DNA of 64,000 nucleotides, from the NCBI RefSeq assembly GCF_009914755.1, contig NC_060947.1. One strand, given 5' to 3'. Source of the DNA: the human T2T-CHM13v2.0 reference genome, Homo sapiens. Made by a program: the position numbers and the translations under genes. A model generated the notes under the pieces. That model ran no database searches. It had not been told where the DNA came from and saw only the letters and a list, made by a program, of their open reading frames with translations. Numbering within the stretch: position 1 is the first letter of the stretch; each line of letters begins with the position of its first letter. Below, piece by piece: positions 13,592 through 26,989 of this stretch.

Positions 13592-16412
13592 TATTATAGT
13601 AAGTTTTATTGCCTGTACACAGTTTGTAGTTTCTTCTTGATTACTCAATTTATAATTCTATCCATTATTTATTCATGGTGATTTTTCATTTCATTGTAAT
13701 TTTCATGTATTCTGGATTTGATAATTTTAGATTCAGAAACCTCTATGAGTCTAAATCTGTTGGGATTTTGCTATTGTTGCTGATTCCTGCTGACCCTAAC
13801 TCATGATGGTTCATTTCTTGGTGAATTTTGTGATCTTTGAATATGAACTTAGAGTTGTTTTCTTCTTCATCTTTCTATATTCCAAAGAGGAATTGAGTTT
13901 GCTTTTTCTGAGAGTCGTGGGGTGCTAGTAACCTTGAACATTTTAATCACTTATTCAGAGGCCTACACTTCACTCAGGAATATTGGGTTCCAGTATCTCC
14001 CTTTCTCCTTTCAATGTGGTTTTCAGCATTTATTATTAGACAATCCTGTCTTTTCATGTGCTTCCTGCTCACGCCTCTGTTTTTAGCTCACATTTTCTTA
14101 ATCTCAGAGATTTTCCTTACTCTATGTGTTCCAAGCAATATAATACATATTATAATTATGCAGAATCTAGTATTTTCTTCTTTGTGTCTCCCAGATATTT
14201 AAATTTGCCCTATCACTGGAAGCTACAGTATCGGATAAATTCTTTAAAATATAAATTATAAGAAAAAAAAAGAAAGATATACACCTTTAAGTTTTGTTCC
14301 ATATTGCCATTTGCTCTCCAAAAAGCTGTTAATCAATGTATGCTCTCAACAAAGGTGAATGAAGGTAACAATTCTCTCATACCATTGTCAAGAGTGAGTA
14401 TTGTTAATCTTTTAATTTTCCCTCTCAGATAGAGACGTGTGAGGCTTGTTACTGTAGGGAAGAAAGAGATTAGGATGCATAGAAGTAGGACGCGTACATA
14501 GTTTTACTCTTTATCTCTAAACAAAGATTTAGTAATACTCCAGAGTGAAGTGACCAGCTTTCTAGGCCTGCCCATGGTCTGTAGTGAATAAATGAAGCCA
14601 CTCAAGGCTTCCTTATCATTTTGAGATGGAAGGAAGAATGATAGGTATCATTTGGCCTAGACAAACAATTGTATGACGAAGTAAAAACCATGCCCTTTTT
14701 CTAACTACAGTTATATTCTACCTCTGCCACTGTCACCTTGAGGCAATTGTATTGGTTATACCTTAGTTTCCATGTTTAAGGGAAAATGGAGAAAAAATAT
14801 ATCCTGCTACACATTCTCAATTCATAACTGTACTCAAAGGTCTTTAGAAAGGTGTCACATAAGTCAAGCATATCATTAGGATGCAGTTTCAATGTATGTT
14901 CAGAGATTCTAAGGGTAAAAATTCATCAAAATACTTTTTCTATTGACAGAATATTTTCAAAAGTATTAATTTAGGTGTTTAGTTTAACAATTGACCCAAT
15001 AAAATCAGTGCCCATAATTGGCCTAGAACTAACCTGGTACAATGGGAAAAATAAGAAAAAAGCCTTATGAATAAAATCTGATTGCTATATCCCTCTAAGG
15101 GTCCTGGGCTCCAGGTTCCATTAGACAGACAGTCTAAATGCACAGATGTTCTGATATGGGGTTTGCAAATTAAATCAAACTTAGCAAGAAGGCTGATGGC
15201 TACCCAGCATATACCTGAAATTTTTTTCAACAAGTATGCCCTCCAACACACTTTCATGCTGAGACATTGTGCCAAAAAAAAAAAAAAAAAACTTCCTCCC
15301 AATAACCAATCAAAAGTCATTTAGTATTTGAGAGGCAACATGAACTGACACTCCTATTAGCATAAAAGTGTTTTAAAATGTCAGGGAAACCACAATGTGA
15401 CCATTAATACTGCATTAAGTCCAATTATATTTCTTAGCTTGAAAAATCATTTTCTAAAATAATAGTATTCAGAGTCTTCCTCAAAATCGTTCAATTCAAA
15501 TAAGTAGGCATTGCTTTTAATTTGATTGACCAAAACTTAAACTTAATATACATTCCCAGAGGCCATGCATTACTTTTTATTAAATTATGATAGCAAGTGA
15601 CACATTTGTATTCTATTTTAATCTCTGCGTTTACTCAACTTCAAAATCAATTAAGACAGTTATAATGACCTCAGTCTTTTCAGCCGGGAAATGCTATCTG
15701 AGCAACATTTAAAAGTATATTTTTCTTATATTCTAATATTTTAAAAATATGATTTCTTATAGAAAAAGACTTAACGGATATGTTAATGCTGATCCAAAGG
15801 CATATAAGTTTAAAAATGGAACTCAGCCATTTATCTATCATCATTTACTGATAATATTTAAGACCCACCACCCCATCTAACCCAGGACTACATGATTTGG
15901 TCTCCCTTGGTCATGTTAAAACAAAATATAAAGGCAAATGATTTGCCATCTCAGATGAGATGTAAAAATGGCAATCCTTTGACATAGGTATGAGTTTGAA
16001 GCTTCTTCAATATGTGAGCTTTGTGTTATTTTGCAGCATCAGAGATGGCTGATAAATCAGAGGAGACAGAGCCAGAGCCAGAGAAGCAGGTAGCAAATAA
16101 AGGACATATGATTAGGTGGCCTGCCTGAGCCTGCTAGAGCTCAGTAGAAGGCTGACCCCATGCCAATCAGAGGCAATGAAAGTTCTTTCTACCAACAGGG
16201 CGAACACAAAAATGCTTTTCTCTTTACTTCCAAATGAAACAAGCAAACAAATAAGATAGATTTAGCAGCAAAAAGGAAAGCTGCTATAGCAATATACAAG
16301 GTGGCTTGGAAAAAAGCACAGATCAGATTAATACATGGGCATCACATCTCTGGAGAACAAAGTTTAATTCCAGCTCTTGTCACAAATGAAATGAGTTTGA
16401 CAGCCTGTAGTG

Positions 16413-18022
16413 AGCAATCTACAGTTTGAATGCTATTCCTATCAAACTATCAATCCAATTTTTCACAAAACTAGAAAAAACTATTACAAAATTCATAGGG
16501 AACTGAAAAAGAGCCTGAAAAACCAAAGCAATCCTAAGGAAAAATAAAAAAAGCCAGAGGCATCAAATTACACTACTTCAAACTATACCATAAGGCTACA
16601 GTAACCGAAACAGCATGGTACTGGTTCAGAAACAGACACATAGACCAATAGAATAGAATAGAGAACCCAGAAATAAAGCCACACACCTACAACCACCTGA
16701 TATTCAACAAAGTTGTCAAAAATAAACATTAGACAAAGGACAATCTCTTCAATGATGGTGCTAGGGATAACTGACTAGCCATATGCAGTAGAATAAACTG
16801 GACCCCTACCTTTCACCATATAAAAATTAACTCAAGATAGATTAAAGATTTAAATGCAATGCCTCAAACTATAAGAATCTTAGAAAAAAAAACGCAGAAA
16901 ACACCATTCTAGACATCAGTCTTGGGAAAGAATTTATGACTAAGTCCTCAAAAGCAGTTGCAACAAAAATATTAATTGAAAGTCGGACGTAATTAAAGAG
17001 TATCTGCACAGCAAAAGAAACCATTGCAGAATAAACAGACAATGGACAGAATGGGAGAAAATACTCACAAACTATGCATCTAACAAACGTCTAATATTCA
17101 GAATCTAAAAGGAACTTAAACAACTGAAGAAGCAAAAAAAAAAAAAACCCAAATAATTCTATTAAAAATGGGCAAAAGACATGAACAGACGCTTCTCAAA
17201 AGAGGACATATAAGTGGTCAACAGACATTTGAAAAAAATGCCCCACATCACTAATCATCAGAGAAATGCAAATTAAAATGACGATAATATACCATCTCAC
17301 AGCAGTCAGAATGACTATTATTAAAAAGTCAGAAAACAACAGATGCTGACAAGGCTGCAGAGAAAGGGGAAGCTTATATACTGTCAGTAAGAATGTAAAT
17401 TAGCTCAGCCACTGTGGAAAGGAGCTTGGAGATTTCTCAAACAACTTAAAACAGAACGACCATTCCACCCAGCAATCCCATTATTGGTTATACAGCAAAA
17501 GAAAACAAATTTTTCTACCAAAAAGACACATGCACTTGTATGTTTATTGCAGCACTATTCATGATAGCAATGACATGGAATCAACCTATGTGCCCAAAAA
17601 TGGTGGGTTGGATAAAACAAATATGGTACATATACACATATACACTATGTAATACTATGCCGTCATAATAAAGAACAAAATCATGTCCTTTGCAGCAACA
17701 TGGATGCAGCTGGAGGCCAGCATCCTAAGCAGATTAAAGCAGGAACAGATGCCCGAATACCACCATGTTCTCACTTATAAGTGGAAGCTGAACATTGGGT
17801 ACTCATGGGCATAAATATGGCAACAATAGAAACTGGGGACCACTAGAGGGAGGAGGTAAGGCAGGGGGCAAGTGTTGAAAAACCAACTATTGGGTACCTG
17901 GATGATGGGACCATTTAATACCCAAATCTCATCTTGACACAATATACCCACATAACAAACTTGCACATGTACTTCCTAAATCTAAAAAGCTGAAAAACAA
18001 AACAAAAGAAAACAAAACAAAA
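16413..18022 (+). mobile_element. 5'-truncated L1 (L1PA17/L1PB-like): ORF2 3' part, 3'UTR and A-rich tail
   Basis: ACTTCAAACTATACCATAAGGCTACAGTAACC, ATGTCCTTTGCAGCAACATGGATG, 3'UTR GGCAACAATAGAAACTGGGGACCACTAGAG, (AAAAC)n tail. Confidence 0.92.
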
Positions 18023-18024
18023 TA

Positions 18025-18225
18025 CTGATTGCATTACTTACTAGCTGTTTGACTGTGGGTGAATTATTCACACTTTGTCTGCCTCAGTTTCCTCATGTAT
18101 AACATAGGGTTAATGATAGTAGCAATGTAATAAGATTAAGTAAAGATTAGTTAAGAAATATAAAGCACTTAGAATTAGGGTCTGGTACATAATAAGTGCT
18201 ATATACAAGCTAGCCATTATTAGTA
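18025..18225 (+). mobile_element. MIR
   Basis: ACTTACTAGCTGTTTGAC...GCCTCAGTTTCCTCAT...AAAGCACTTAGAA...TCTGGTACATAATAAGTGCT. Confidence 0.85.
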
Positions 18226-19651
18226 GTAATAGTAGTTACTATGTTAAACTGCCTCTGGGCCATGCGTTATTTGTCATATCAAGAGCACTGTTTTCCAGCC
18301 TTATTATCTTCTACATAGTCCTGTCTGTTTCCCTGCAACTACTTCTTGCAGCTGTTTCAAACCTATTTCAAAAATACACCAAACCAATCAAAACTATTTT
18401 TAAAGATGTAGGACCGAGCTTCTTCACAAAGTGCATTTGTGATTAATATGCCTTCCAATGTGATAAGGGTGTATGAGAACAGACTCCCTTTTTTTGTGTG
18501 TGATAAGGGCAGAATTTACTACCGCTCTAGAGAATCTCTATAGTCTTGTCTCTCACAAGCAGTGGGGGAAATAATGCCCTTATCACAGCTAATGAAGTGA
18601 GAGGTCCATATCAGTATTACCAGCAGTGAGCCCAAAGAAAAAAGGCCCAGCTCTCCTGGTCAGGTCAAAATATCAGCTGGAGCCCTGGGGAGGCTTTTTA
18701 CAAATTTCAAAACCGACTTAGGGGGTTACAGTCATTTCTAAAATGCAAAAAGTGCCTTTCTGATAAATAGACTTTCTAGCTGATAACTCTCGAAAGTGAA
18801 AAGACTAGTTGGAAAGCAAATTCAACCTAAAATGTAGTAATATTTCTCATAGCCAGTGACTTACATGTGAATCCACCTAGATGGTTACGTATAATTACTG
18901 CTTAAAAAAAAAACACAGGTTAAGCCTGTGTGAATCACTTATTATGTAGATATTTGCCAAATATACAATTGTGATTAAAACGTATATGTAATTTTCCCAT
19001 TCATTCATTCATGAAATATGTCTCAAGTGCCTACTACAAGTTATGCACTGTATGTGAATTCTTTGATATTGGGAATGTGTAATAACATTAAGTCTAGAAA
19101 ATGCTCTGACTCATGATTCTCATCATTTTATCTCTACTGTGATTCTGAGATTTCTCAGCTTTATATAGATGTATTAAAATTTAGCTCTGGATCCAGGTAA
19201 CCAAATAAATAGGATTCTGAAATATCCAAAATCCCAGTATATTTTAGATTCTGCCATGGTGATACAATGTTTGAAGTTAATTTACTTTGTGTGAGAGAAA
19301 ATAATTATCTTGTCTGTGATCAATTAATGGAGACTAAATGGCTAGTAAATATATTTAGTCATTTTTAAGATTTACCTTAAAAACATATATAATCTGCCAA
19401 AACCTAGGTTCCAAAAATTGTTCTGAAAATATGAGGACTCTTCTTTGCTCAAGAGTTTATGAATAGCGGTGCTCTCCTGATAGAACCTCTAAAAATAAGC
19501 TCTTAATGTTAAAAAAATGATAATTTGGTTCCAAGAACAAATACACAAAAAGGAGAAATTAATTCAATCTCTACTGCATTGTGATCTTATTTCTTTAATT
19601 AATTAAATTTAAACATTTCAGTACTGACTATGGTAACTGTTCTATAGGTTT

Positions 19652-19986
19652 TTTTTTTTAATTTCTTTTTTCTTTTTCTTTCTTTTTTTTTTTTTTTTTT
19701 TGAGAGAGTCTCACTCTGTTGCCCAGGCTGGAGTACAGTGAAGTGATCACTACTCACTGTACCCTCAAATTCCAGGGCTCAAGTGTTCTTCCCACCTCAC
19801 CCCCAAAAGTAGCTTGGACTAGAGGCACACGCCAACATGCCAAGCTATTTATTATTATTATTATTTTGTAGAAATGGGGTCTCACAATGCTTCCCAGTCT
19901 AGTCTTGAACTCCTGGCCACAAGCGATCCTCCCATCTCAACTTCTCAAAGTGCTGAAATTACAAGCATGAACCAACACACTCGGCC
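19652..19986 (-). mobile_element. AluJ (old, diverged)
   Basis: GAGTCTCACTCTGTTGCCCAGGCTGGAGTACAGTG...GGGCTCAAGTG...AAGCGATCCTCCC; decayed TSD TGTTCTATAGGTTT / TGTTCCATTGGTTT. Confidence 0.92.
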
Positions 19987-22900
19987 TGTTCCATTGGTTT
20001 AAAATTCCTCTTGAGCAATGGTTAAAAAATGCTTATGTACAGATTTCTTTTTTTTTCATTCTCCAAGCACAAAACTGATAAAAATAAAATCAAAGTCCAT
20101 ACCATATAATTAATGAGAATTTTGAATAGTCTATATATATTTTATACCTTGTTCTAACAATATTGGAAAGGTATTTATGATGTACACTACTTGCATTATT
20201 AGAGTCAGTTCAAGATTGGAACAATGAGCCATAACTGCTGTGCTTTTTTTTCCAAGTGACTTTAAAAAGACCTTTATACCTTGCAATTAATTGGCCAACT
20301 AGGGAAATCTGCTGTAGAAATAAATGCAGTTCAAATAGTATTCCATAGTAGATGGCATTTGTTCAGAAACCTTTTTTTCTGAAAACTATTAAAACATGCA
20401 TGAGAAACTACCAATTACCTAGCCCAGAGAGAGTTCCTTACAAAAAAAGCTGGGGGAATTATCATACAATGATAATAAAAACACTGAATGTGTTACCTAG
20501 GGCATGAGATCATATACTCTTGGTGACTTTAGTCACCAGGTTTTATGTCTAATTAGGTCGATCAATGTGTTTCAGCATCAGTTTAAATAGTTGACTCCTT
20601 ATTGAAAAATTAAAATTTATTTGCATGAAATGTGCAGAGAACTGTAAGCCTTAAAGTGACATTGGATGTTTTACTCACAAGAATACTTTTCATTGTGATA
20701 TAACATTTTTGATAGCTATCTTAAAGAGCAACAGCAGATGAGAAGGTATTAATCCTTACATTTCCCTAAAGACTCTAACAACCTCAATTTATTGCAGAAG
20801 AAAATGCCTAGAACATGTGATGCAAATGCAGTTAGAAAAGTTTCCTCTCTTCTTTTGAACTGAAATCTACAGTTGAACTTCCTTCACCACAGTCTTTCTT
20901 ACCTCAAACCTGTCAACTAAATGAGGTCTTTTTGCAAGACATGAATATTAATCTGAAATGCTTCTTATTTTCTCTGTCATCTGACCATTAGTGTAATCAA
21001 ATTAATTCTATTTGGATAAATAAAATTTGACTGTACTTGTTAGAAAACAGTCAATAGTACAATCTGTGCCAAGGTGTGTTATCACCTAACTTTTCTTAAA
21101 TCAATAGCTGACTTAAAGTGGAACATTCCTAGCAATATTTGATTTGGTAAAGCACCATTTTTAACTCTTTCTTTTCCAGTTATCTGGCACAGGAAAACAA
21201 AGGAGTTAACAAAAAGCTTGAGGAAGTATTGGAAGATTAGTCAGCCCTCATCTTGCCTAAAATTAAGTGACTACTGGCCTCTATGTGGGTGTGGAGTTGT
21301 ACCTACTAAATATTCATAATGGTACTGATATTGGTGTACTCAAGATAGATGTTGACAAATCTTTGTCAGACAAAAGGAGAGGAAACAATAAAACTCACGA
21401 TGGGAAAACGGGATGAATACACTTTCAGCACACAGACATTTTTCCTGTCTGTTGCCTGAACAAGGATGGAAGGAGATGAGTCAACAAATAATTTGGCATT
21501 GGAGAGTAAATTCCAGCCAGATTTAGGATGAAGCAATTTGGCAAGATGGCAAGAATAATTGAGGGCATTGTGACCAAACATGTTCATGTGAAAACTAAAT
21601 TTCCTCTGTGTCATTCACTAAAGTTGTACTATTTGGGCTTGGGTTGCTATTGAAACACACTCAGGAGAGCATTATTTTCAAGACATAGCTTTTTAAACTT
21701 CTGACTCATTTTTGAATGGGATATATAATGCAGGCTTACTTAAATACTTTAAACGATGCTACTTTAATTGAATAGCTGTTGTAAAACATTATTTTCATAT
21801 AACTAAATAAGCTATATGTACAGAAAAATTAAGAATTTTTAATACTTATTAGTAGCATTGTGCAAATATCTTTTTAATGAGAGAACAGTACTGACAAGTA
21901 ATAGGTTCAAGCTAGCAAGGGAGATTAGTTTTTGGAAGAATTACTGACCGTACTAAAAATTAGTCATAAAAGCTTGCAATTACTTATAGGTCTCACACCG
22001 AGCAATTTGTTTATGCCACTTTGGTGTCTGAAAATAACAGTAAAAATAAATTTAAAGTATTTTTGACAGGCATTACCAGAGAATCATTAATAAGTATGGA
22101 AGTATCATTATATAGTGCACCAAAACTATGTAAAAAAGTATAGGTAAGAAACAGACATGAGAAAGAGCAAAAAGCTGCCAGTCAAAACAACCACATTGAT
22201 CACAAGTATTCCCTTAAGTGAGCCCAAGACAACTATCTTTCAGAGTCTTGATTGATGACTATGTTATCTAACCTTATATTTATATTTTTAATCCCATGAG
22301 AAACTCATAGGGTTTTTTTTTTTTTTTTTGACAACTACTGCATTTGCATTTGTGTTGTTGAAGTCATACTGGTTTCTAATCTGCACAAATTAGTGACCTC
22401 CAGGTTGGGTGTTGAATATTATGTCTAAGCATGTCTGACAGATTCCAAGTGACAGATGAAATCATTGAGTTCAACTGGCAACAGCAAAATGGACACAATT
22501 AGATTGGTTGTGAAATTCTAGAGATAAAACTTTGCTAGTTGGGGCTGAAGTTCTTTGCAGTGCTAAAGCAGCTAGTTTTTGAAAACCAACTTATATTTGG
22601 AATGATATCTTGTAAAGAGCTTTTCCAGCAAAAATTTTATGAACTCTGAAAGTTCAAGTATCCTTTTTCTGAATTTCAAGGAAGTTATTTTAAAGAAAGA
22701 CTTAGGCAATTAACATTTGACATCTTTAGACATATATATATTTTTTTACTTTCCCTGAACCTACTTACCTGGAGGGGTTCATATATTTTGCTCAACTCTG
22801 ATTCAAGAAGGTGATTTGAAAAAATTGGATGATAATAGTAGCACTCTAATTTTGCAATCTAACATTATGTAGCACAAAAACACAGCCATCAGCAACATTG

Positions 22901-24189
22901 AATTAGATATCACATATATGTTAAGGGAAAAACAGCACCTGAAAATCTATATAGGAAAAGCAAGGAGAGATTAGAAATAATTCCGAAAGGAGAAAAAGAT
23001 GTTGTCTTTATAATTAAGAAATTTGATTATAACAAACAAAGAGTTGCACTTAGTTGACCCTATTATTGAAATGGAAATGACATAACATGACTTGATAGGA
23101 AAGTTACTTTTCCCATTTTCATTCTTGATTTATAACTCTAATTTTACATTCAGTTGTTAACAATCTTACGAAGCCAGTGCAAATCTACAGAGATAATGAA
23201 AAATAAATGACGTTATAAAGTCTAGTCAAAATTAACACTAGACCATTAAGATGTCAAGTTACAATGGGTAGTTTCATCAGTTATACCATTTTGTAGTACA
23301 GTATTGGGCAACTTCAGGGGAAATAAATTATTCAGACTCTGCTCCTTTTAGGATTCTATGAACAACTTCTGCAAGCAGCTTCTGTTTCTTGCTCTGCCAG
23401 AGCATGGAAAATAATTCAGGCTTTATTCTTGTAGACTCTGAATGGGTGTCTGTGATGATTTTAATGTCTCTGTTTTAAAATTTCAGTATATTTTAATGAC
23501 ATAGTGAATCATCAATGTTGTCGAAAGGTTTCATTACTCATTGTATCAAGTTGAATGCTCCATTACTCATTATATCACGTTCAAATAAGATGTAACTCCC
23601 TTGTAACATAATGCTTATTTATTAAAATATGTTTAGCTTGTCTGGTACATTAATATGTGTTTTTCATAAGAGATGTAATTTTGGTAACAATTTCCCATAA
23701 AATTAGAAGAGTTATCTGAAACCTTTGAGACAATTTAGCAGAATATTAATCTTACAAAATTGCTATGCTAATAATATTCTTCTAAGTAAATACAGTGAAG
23801 CTTCATTATAGTATTCCTGAAGTGGTCTGCAATCCATCACTTACAGGTGTTTAAAAAAACACAATGTTTCACATCAGATTGCCTTGACATTTATAATTCT
23901 AGCCACCTCACAGCTTTCTTTATATGCTGAAAATTAATTTCAAATATTTTATTTTGAATCAGTTCTAAATGAAGGGACACGTTCTATAACAGCACTATAG
24001 TCTATTGGGGAATGATTTAGGATACGTTTGCAAGGCTGGTGACACACATTCTTGGATACTTATGTCACCAGCCGATATTACTTCAGTTACCAGTATTAAG
24101 TTTAAACCTTAATTGGGAAAAAGTGCAAAAGCCAAAGAAAAACATGAATGATAAAGAGAAGGAAACCAATATTTAATGAATGACAACAA

Positions 24190-24305
24190 AGCTATGAGAT
24201 AAAAATTATTATGTCCATTTTATAGGTGAGGAAACTGAGGCTCAGAAAGTTTGAGTAATTTATTCAAAGTTACATTGGTAGTAAGTGGCAGAATAAAGAT
24301 TCTTA
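24190..24305 (-). mobile_element. MIR
   Basis: CCATTTTATAGGTGAGGAAACTGAGGCTCAGAAAGTT...GTAAGTGGCAGA. Confidence 0.85.
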
Positions 24306-24914
24306 CTTGCATATCTAGCTGTTTGGTCTGCATTCTGCCTGGATAAATAGAGGGAAGGTGTTATGAACTCCAAAAGGAATTTTTGTCTTTTCACCAAGGA
24401 AAAAATATGTTAAAACTGTTTACATGGCATTAGACATATAATTCCCATTACTTTTCCCCATTTTTAATCAGTTACTCAGCGTACATACACATAATCATGT
24501 TTTCTTTGAGCATATTGGGATTTACTATAATGACATTGACACTTGGTCAAAAAGGCAGATGAGGAAAATGTAGTCTTAAAATGTATCAAGATAGAATTTA
24601 GATATAATTTAAAAAATTATTTAACTTAAAATATATTAAAGAGGATATGAAAGAAGTCATAGACTCCCTCTCTGTGGAGGTAACACCAGATGGCAAAGTT
24701 CTGCATTTATAAAACACTTGGTGTACTTGTTTAGCCAATACCTGCTTACTACCTTTGACTCAGGTCATGAGAAGCCTATATTACCTTGGATCTCATTAAA
24801 AACAAACAAATTTTTAAAACCAAACCAAACTAAACAAAAAGCTAGACATACCTCTTTCCTTCTGAACACTATCTTCATTGGACATGAACCCAAACTGATG
24901 TAGCCATTTCAATA

Positions 24915-25110
24915 TCAACCTGAGAATGCAGCCACCACCACCCAGAGGAGAGCCAAGATAAGAATCACAGAGTAGTGGAGCCAAAGCTTCTGTATTACAT
25001 CAGCCCTGAAGACTGCTCTGCCTCTGGATTTTGAGTTACTTGAACCAGGAAAATACACCCATATAAAAGGAAACCTATACTTATTGAGGAAAATATTTTC
25101 ATTGTGTAGC
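24915..25110 (+). mobile_element. Old MLT1 LTR fragment
   Basis: CCTGAGAATGCAGCCA...CCTGAAG...CCTCTGGATTTT.AGTTAC resembles the 3' half of MLT1J/K. Confidence 0.45.
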
Positions 25111-25799
25111 ATTTTATAGATAGTAATTAGCTACTTGAATTCATGCTGAACAGCAGGTAAAATGTAGACAATCTGCTAAAAAAATTAGAGAATCACCATT
25201 TTACTAGAAAACCTGTTCTGAATTTCATATTTCTTCCAAAAGCAAATGAGTAAAAAGAAAATATTATTTTAGTGCCAAATTTTGAGGAGATGATAATAGG
25301 ATGTCCAAATGACAGCAAAATTATTTCCTCAAATCTTTATTGAGATAAGCCCCATTAGGATGGTAAAATTTGGTAGTTTTAGAGTTGATGCGATGATAGC
25401 AAAACAATATCCATCTACATTACCAGAATCATAAATAGATAGTGCTGAAGTTTTCTGAAAATATTAACACAAGTGAAATGAGCATTTGCACCATTTCACT
25501 GCACAAGGGTTCTTAATTTGTTTAAGAACAAAGAGTAATTTCTAATTATAGTGCAGAAATTACAAAAATACATAAATTACACCAAAGATATAGACACTAT
25601 TCCTATTCTATATATGTTCCTTGTGTAATCAATTTCATTCACGTATATAAATTCAAAGAACTGTTGAAGAAATCCACACTATACAAAATGAAAACATAAG
25701 CAAAATCTGTATATTTGTGCATTATTTTTCTTGGTATACCATTGCTTCTTCTCCATTGTATATTTTAAAGCAAAACCATTATTACAAAACCTTTAGTTA

Positions 25800-25910
25800 A
25801 AGACAACGGAGAACAGAGAGGTCACGTCATTTGTTTAAAGGCACACAGCTACCGACAGAGCTGGGATGCCAACTCAGGTCGGTTTGATTCTCAAACCCCA
25901 CTGTACCACA
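25800..25910 (-). mobile_element. MIR fragment
   Basis: CAGAGAGGTCA...AAGGCACACAGCTA..GACAGAGCTGGGAT..AACTCAGGTC. Confidence 0.65.
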
Positions 25911-25954
25911 GTTGCTCTCTGAATCTCAAAGAATCCATTTTGTTCTTGACAGGA

Positions 25955-26062
25955 AATGAAGGAAGGAAAAAAAAGAAGAAAGAAAATAAACAAAGGAAAG
26001 GAAGAGGAAGGGAGAAAGAAAAATGAAATAAAGGAACGAAAGGGATAAGAGAGGGAGAGGAA
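25955..26062 (+). repeat. Purine-rich (GAA/GGAA) low-complexity tract
   Basis: Almost pure A/G run of about 100 bp. Confidence 0.8.
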
Positions 26063-26989
26063 GGATTAGTGTGGGATTAGTATTCTACAGGATTAGAATT
26101 AGCATTAAATTAGTATTCTCCATGTGGAAATATAATGGAGATAATAGTATTTGAGAAGTCTGTGTGCAGAGTTATAGTTACTGTTATATCTGCTGTAAAG
26201 AATGTAAAGGTATATGAGGAGCAAGACACAGTTTAAATGACAAAGGGTGGCTTGAGAGAGTTTATTGCGTTTTCATGACTTCCACAAGCACCCACCAAGC
26301 CACGACAAATACATATAGTTTGAGTAAAATAGTATACATGATAAGCAAATGTGACTTCCTAGCCTAGATCTTCTTCTTCCCCACCCATCTGACTAGATTG
26401 TTATCCCTGCATTCCTCTTATAATAATGGAGCAGCAACTACTGAGACATAGTCTTTTATCACAAAGATCTTATGGCCCAATAGGGGAATATAATAGTAAT
26501 ATACAGATGATGTATTTGTTTAGCCAATACCTGCTTAGTGCATAGTGCAAAGTAGAGGAAAATATTCCATAATATAACTAAGGCCCAAAGCAAATGGGGT
26601 TCAAAGATAAATGAGTAGCCAAGGATTAAGAAATACCTAGACCAGAGATAGCTACTTGGTTCAATGTTTCTCAGCTAAAGGCCATAGAATTAATTATGCC
26701 CCAGTCTAAAGGCACATGGACAAAAGATTGTCTTGTATCTACCATGCACATAAACAAAAGAATAGGTAGAATGTCTGCCAGGTATTGGCCATACGTGATA
26801 TAGCCCAACCTAGTTTATCTTATCTTTTAGTTTTAAATGATTATTCACATAGAATATTTTTCTATGTGGCCCTCAAAGATTACTTCTTCTGAGCTTCAGG
26901 CCAGTGTACACGAACTTTGTAATGTTGATCTACCCTTTCTCCATGTTGCCTTCAAAAGTTTCTTTCTAGGATTACAATTTTAGCACATG

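Noticed and set aside
20521-20538. 8-bp palindrome TGGTGACT-TT-AGTCACCA, and similar 8-9 bp stems near 8010, 25472 and 30222
   Set aside because: Several such stems are expected by chance in 64 kb.
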